Positions 59,600-64,000 of a stretch of 64,000 nucleotides of DNA are shown here, in pieces (positions within the stretch are counted from its first letter, which is position 1; each line of letters begins with the position of its first letter). The translations under genes were made by a program, and so were the position numbers. The stretch comes from Zootoca vivipara (lineage: Eukaryota), in assembly GCF_963506605.1 (NCBI RefSeq), contig NC_083281.1, forward strand, positions 20,770,001-20,834,000. The letters are read 5' to 3'. Below the pieces are notes generated by a model. That model was not told the origin of the DNA. It searched no databases and saw nothing but the letters and a program-made list of their open reading frames with translations.

Positions 59600-60559
59600 A
59601 TGGCAACCGACAGCAGCTTCTCGCCATTCAAACCAGCATCAGGAGACTGGGAAGGGTACGCCGCCCGTTTCAACTTCCTCCTGCAAGCGAAAGAAGTCAC
59701 CAACGATGCCATGAAGAGGGCGACATTCTTCAGCGTCTGTGGAGAGGAGACGTTTGAAATCGCCCGGGCTCTCCTTGCACCTAGAGATGTCGCTACCGTC
59801 TCTTACAAAACAATAATGGAACGGCTGAAGGAGCACTTCTCACCACAGCCCTCGGTGGTAGCTTGCCGAAATGCCTTCTACGCAAAGCGGCAAGCCCCGG
59901 GGGAAACCATAACTGGGTTTGTGACCTCCCTCCGCCAAGCCGCCCGGTTATGCAACTTCTCAGAGTTGGAGAACATGCTTCGTGACCGCCTCGTCGGTGG
60001 CCTGAGGGACGAGATGTTGCAACGACGCCTCTACGCCAAAAAAGACCTCACGTTCCAGATTGCTCTGGAGGAAGCCCTGGCAACCGAAGCCGCCGAGAGG
60101 TCAACGCAAGAGGCACGACCGGCCCCGCCATCCCAACCGAGGGTCTACCACGAAGACCTCACCGACGAATCCGAATCTGACAGGGAGGAAGTACACCGAG
60201 TACAGCGGCGCACTCAAGCAGCACACACACCACAGCAGCCTCGACGAGAAGGAGGGAACTGTGCAAGCTGCGGGGAGAACCACGAGAGGAGGCCTGTAGA
60301 GCGAGAGGGGTGGGCAGGGGAAGCAGAAGCAGTAGGCACAGAGGGGCGCCCCGAGGCTGGAAGGACACCGGAACCAGAGCTACAACCTAGTGGTTCAGTG
60401 GCGCCAGACGAGACAGCCCTGGCACAGCCAGCAGCCTCGGAACACGAGCCAGAACCAGAACCCCTGACCAAGGAACACCCCAGGCCACTACGCACACGGA
60501 GGCGGCCAGCAGACCTTGGGGACTACGAATGCAACTTCCCGGGCAGGACTGGAACTTAG
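59600..60559 (+). CDS. gag: Gag (capsid) fused in frame to a pol C-terminal tail, 319 aa
   Basis: W..Y..RF..FL, RQ.PGE....FV..LRQ.A..C.F and LRDRLV.GL motifs of Mag-type Gag; broken knuckle CASCGENH; tail RTRRRPADLGDY. Confidence 0.85.
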   Translation: MATDSSFSPFKPASGDWEGYAARFNFLLQAKEVTNDAMKRATFFSVCGEETFEIARALLAPRDVATVSYKTIMERLKEHFSPQPSVVACRNAFYAKRQAPGETITGFVTSLRQAARLCNFSELENMLRDRLVGGLRDEMLQRRLYAKKDLTFQIALEEALATEAAERSTQEARPAPPSQPRVYHEDLTDESESDREEVHRVQRRTQAAHTPQQPRREGGNCASCGENHERRPVEREGWAGEAEAVGTEGRPEAGRTPEPELQPSGSVAPDETALAQPAASEHEPEPEPLTKEHPRPLRTRRRPADLGDYECNFPGRTGT

Positions 60560-61496
60560 AGGGGAGGGGTGTTATGTACTGAGCTGAATCCTAGAACAAT
60601 AGGATTCAGAATCAGCGGGAGCTACCCAATCCAACTCCAGGTGGAAGTGAATCCGCAACCTGATTGGCCTGCTGGAGCAGCCAATCAGGCGGCTGGCAGA
60701 AGTGAATCTGCTACCTGATTGGCCTGTAGGAGCAGCCAATCAGGCTGCAGGCAGAAGTCAATCCATAATATAATTGGCCCACAGGTGTAGCCCTGAAGTA
60801 GCCAATCACGCAAGGCCCATTGTGTAAATAATGTATATAAGCAGATGGTTTGGGGAAAAGAGCCATTCGTCTTCTCTTCTCCTCCTTGATGACTATGAGC
60901 TGAATAAAGAGCATGAAATTCACTCTTGACTCCGAGTATATTTCAGTTGGCATTTGGGTTTATTGCAGGCTCTGGTACCAGTGTCCATGTTAAGTCTGGT
61001 GGTTGTATTATTGTGGGTGAGGAGTTGTTTAAGATTGGGTGGCTGTCTGTAGGCAATGAAAGGTCTTCCTCCCAGAGCTTATATTTCCTCTCTATATTTT
61101 GGAAGACAACCTTTCAGTAGATTAGCACAATTGCCCAACAACCTGTACCCCATAATTGGCTCTATTAGCCATTTTTGACACGGAGAACAGAGACTTAGCG
61201 CTCATCCACACTTCTGCTTGTTCTGTGTCTAGAAAGTATGGTGGGTTTGAGAGAGCTTACCTCCTTCTCCCACACTTTCTAGGCACAGGTCTGAGTGGTT
61301 TTGCCTTTGCAAAATGTTCTTTGGTTAACTCTATTTTGGGTGGCAAGCAGGAGGACTTTTGTTTTTGTAATGATTGTTGTTTTGATTGTTGTTTATCTAC
61401 TTGTAATAAAATAAAATTGTATCAGTGCAAAAGAAAAGAAAAGGTTGGGAAGCTGCTCTGCTTTCTGTTGTAAGCCACTAACCTGAGCGGCATGTA

Positions 61497-61870
61497 AAGG
61501 TAAAAAAGATAAGGCACCCCTGGACGGTTAAGTCCAGCCAAAGGCGACTATGGCGTTGCAGCGCTCATCTCGCTTTCAGGCTGAGGGTGTCGGCGTTTGT
61601 CCACAGACAGCTTTTCCGGGTCATGTGGTCAGCAGGACTAAGCTGCTTCTGGTGCAATGGAACATCATGATGGAAGCCAGAGCGCATGGAAACACCGTTT
61701 ACCTTCCCACTGCAGTGGTACCTATTTATCTACTTGTACTGGTGTGCTTTTGAACTGCTAGGTTGGCAGGAGCTGGGACAGAGCAATGGGAGCTCACCCC
61801 ATTGCGGGGACTCGAATCACCGACCTTCTGATCGGCAAGCCCAGGATGCCCAGTGGTTTAGACCACAGTG
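61497..61870 (-). mobile_element. Diverged Sauria SINE
   Basis: Reverse complement of the Sauria SINE body; (AAAGGT)n tail at the left. Confidence 0.8.
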
Positions 61871-64000
61871 AGCCACTAACCTGGGTGGCATGTAACCCTA
61901 AATCAGGCATGTCAAACCTGCGGCCCTCCAGATGTTTTGGACTACAATTCCCATCTTCCCCAACCACTGGTCCTGCTAGCTAGGGATCATGGGAGTTGTA
62001 GGCCAAAAACATCTGGAGGGCCGCAGGTTTGACATGCCTGCCCTAAATGAAACCACGAGTTAGGGAGAAGCACACTAACATGAGGTTCCCAGAGAGGAGA
62101 TTGTGGCCCAGCATTCCTTCCCTGGTCCTTGAAGGCTGGAATGTATGATGTGATACCGTTTTTCCTGTGCTTATCTCTACCTGGTTGCTTCAGTTCCAGA
62201 AACTTTTTTGGAGGGGTCAAACCCATCCCAATCAAGATAAGGGTTTCTGGTAAGCTAGTCAATAAAGTGAGTCACTTGAGACAACAGTGGGCTCCTGGTG
62301 GGAGTTCTGCCTTTATGAGGGGGGGCTAGCTGAGAGCTGTCCTAAGGGGGGACCTGTCTCACCAGGAATAGGGCAGCAGGAAAAACAAAAGGACGTTTTT
62401 GCAAACTGACAACAAGAGGCTAATTGGAAACAGATACATTCCAATTGCATTGTCCAAGGAGTTGGGTTGCAACACAGCAGTCCTGACATGGGGAGCCTGC
62501 CGGACAACTAATCTCATCAACCCTGGTGATGCGAGTCTAACCAGACATTCTTCTCAGAGATCCAGAGAAGCCAAGAGCGCTTCCAGCTGTTGTCAAACTA
62601 TGAATGAAAACAAAACAAAACAGGGCACCAAAAATACAGCAAGACGTAACTTGAATTTGACTTACATAATAACCAAGTCAAATGTTTCTATAGCTGCTTT
62701 TCTGCCTGAATGTGTCTGCCTAAGGACTTGCCAAAAAGAATCAACAAGTATCTAAATGTGGGGCCCCTTTGAACCTGAGCCCCCTGTTCCCCGAAATGGC
62801 CTCCTGATCCCCCTGATTGGCCCTGAGTCCACCATAATGGTGTGTGTGTGTTTGTCACCCATGCAGTGTTGAAAAATCCTATTGCCTCATACTGAGGCTC
62901 AGCTGAAAGGGGTGAACTGTGGATGAGGGGGAGTATATTTAAAAGCAGAACTGGAACATTTTTAAAAAATGTCCTGGGTTTTCACATTTAGGGCAAAGAT
63001 CGCTGAAAGTTATAATCGCAGTCATTAACATTTGCCCTTGTGACTCCAGCCGCATGAGCAATTCAGGGTCCTTTCCTTAAAGGAATAAATAAATAGAGAT
63101 ATTTACGTATTACTATTTCCGTCTCATGTATGGAATGGTTTTTCTGGGTTTAATTTGATCAGACCCTCCTTTTATGATAAGGGAAAACACTAGGACAGGC
63201 ACCCCCAAACTGCGGCCCTCCAGATGTTTTGGCCTACAACTCCCATGATCCCTAGCTAACAGGACCAGTGGTCGGGGAAGATGGGGATTGTAGTCCAAAA
63301 CATCTGGAGGGCTGAAGTCTGGGGATGCCTGCGCTAGGACTTGCACCACCGTAAAACAATTAGGAGCCTGTTCTCCCTCCTGTTTTTTAAAACCTCAGCA
63401 ACAGCAGTAGAAAAACAGAGACAGGCTCTTTCAGACGTGGTTGGCTAATGGTTCTGGATGATGGGATGCTGCTGCAATTCCACAACAACAGGTTTTACAC
63501 CCTGGTAGGGATTCCAGCAGGATTTCACTGGCTTGGTGCATCGCATGTGGCTCTGTGCACACCCTTGCAATCTGCTGCTTATGTACATTTATTAACTTCG
63601 CCTGGGCCACATTCACAACATACACTGAAAGCACTATGATACCACTTTAAACAGTCATGGCTTCCCCCAAAGAATTCTAGGAGCTGTAGTTGGTTAAAGG
63701 TGCTGAGAGTTTTCAGCAGCAGAGGTGTACCTAGAAGGTCCCTTGTGCCCTTGGCAAGGTGCTGTAGCAGCAGCCCCCCACCCAAATAAATCACTGTCCT
63801 CCAGTGGACAGGGGCTAATATGCCCCACTGTGTGCGTGCAAAATCTATAGGTACATTCATACACACCCTCCACCGTCCCTGGAGACCCCTTCCACCCAGG
63901 AGCTGACCCAGGGGCACCCAGCAGCAGCAGAATTATTGCACACACACACCCAGCACACACACACCCAGCCCTTCTACAATTCCCAGAGTTCTCTAGGGAG

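Larger units (their letters stand above)
59096..60945 (+). mobile_element. Non-autonomous Gypsy (Mag-like) LTR retrotransposon, 1850 bp
   Basis: 376-bp TG..CA LTRs (59096-59471, 60570-60945) differing at one position I could see; 5-bp TSD GTTGG; PBS 59473-59490; PPT AGAGGGGAGGGG 60558-60569. Confidence 0.95.
58384..61091 (-). mobile_element. 5'-truncated Penelope-like element (linker + GIY-YIG endonuclease), interrupted by an LTR element
   Basis: VVYAIKCQQCPSALYIGQTGQTLRQRINGH (GIY-YIG); 13-bp TSD CTATATTTTGGAA (58371-58383, 61092-61104). Confidence 0.92.

Overview
Eukaryotic genomic DNA from a squamate reptile, probably a lizard, judging by Sauria SINEs, Bov-B LINEs, Penelope elements and tRNA/CR1-tail SINEs. 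There are two N gaps. The window holds the exchangeable-apolipoprotein cluster on the minus strand: APOE (269 aa, coding exons 46690-46732, 44408-44558, 40912-41527), APOC1 (93 aa; 24745-24799, 21812-21962, 20815-20890) and APOC2 (99 aa; 9876-9927, 7328-7484, 6617-6707, with a GC-AG intron). At the left edge is the first exon and pancreas-type promoter of a probable trypsin-like gene (461-500). I could not find APOC4, TOMM40 or CLPTM1 exons. The rest is dense, often nested transposon DNA. The most notable elements are: a very young gag-only Gypsy/Mag LTR element inserted in a Penelope GIY-YIG ORF; Penelope ends carrying minimal hammerhead ribozymes; and a full-length ~2.1-kb L1-type non-autonomous retroposon with an orphan acidic ORF. 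There are also candidate liver (HNF4/FOXA/CEBP) and LXR/ER enhancers. All exon models and family names come from manual reading and recalled homology; no searches were run.
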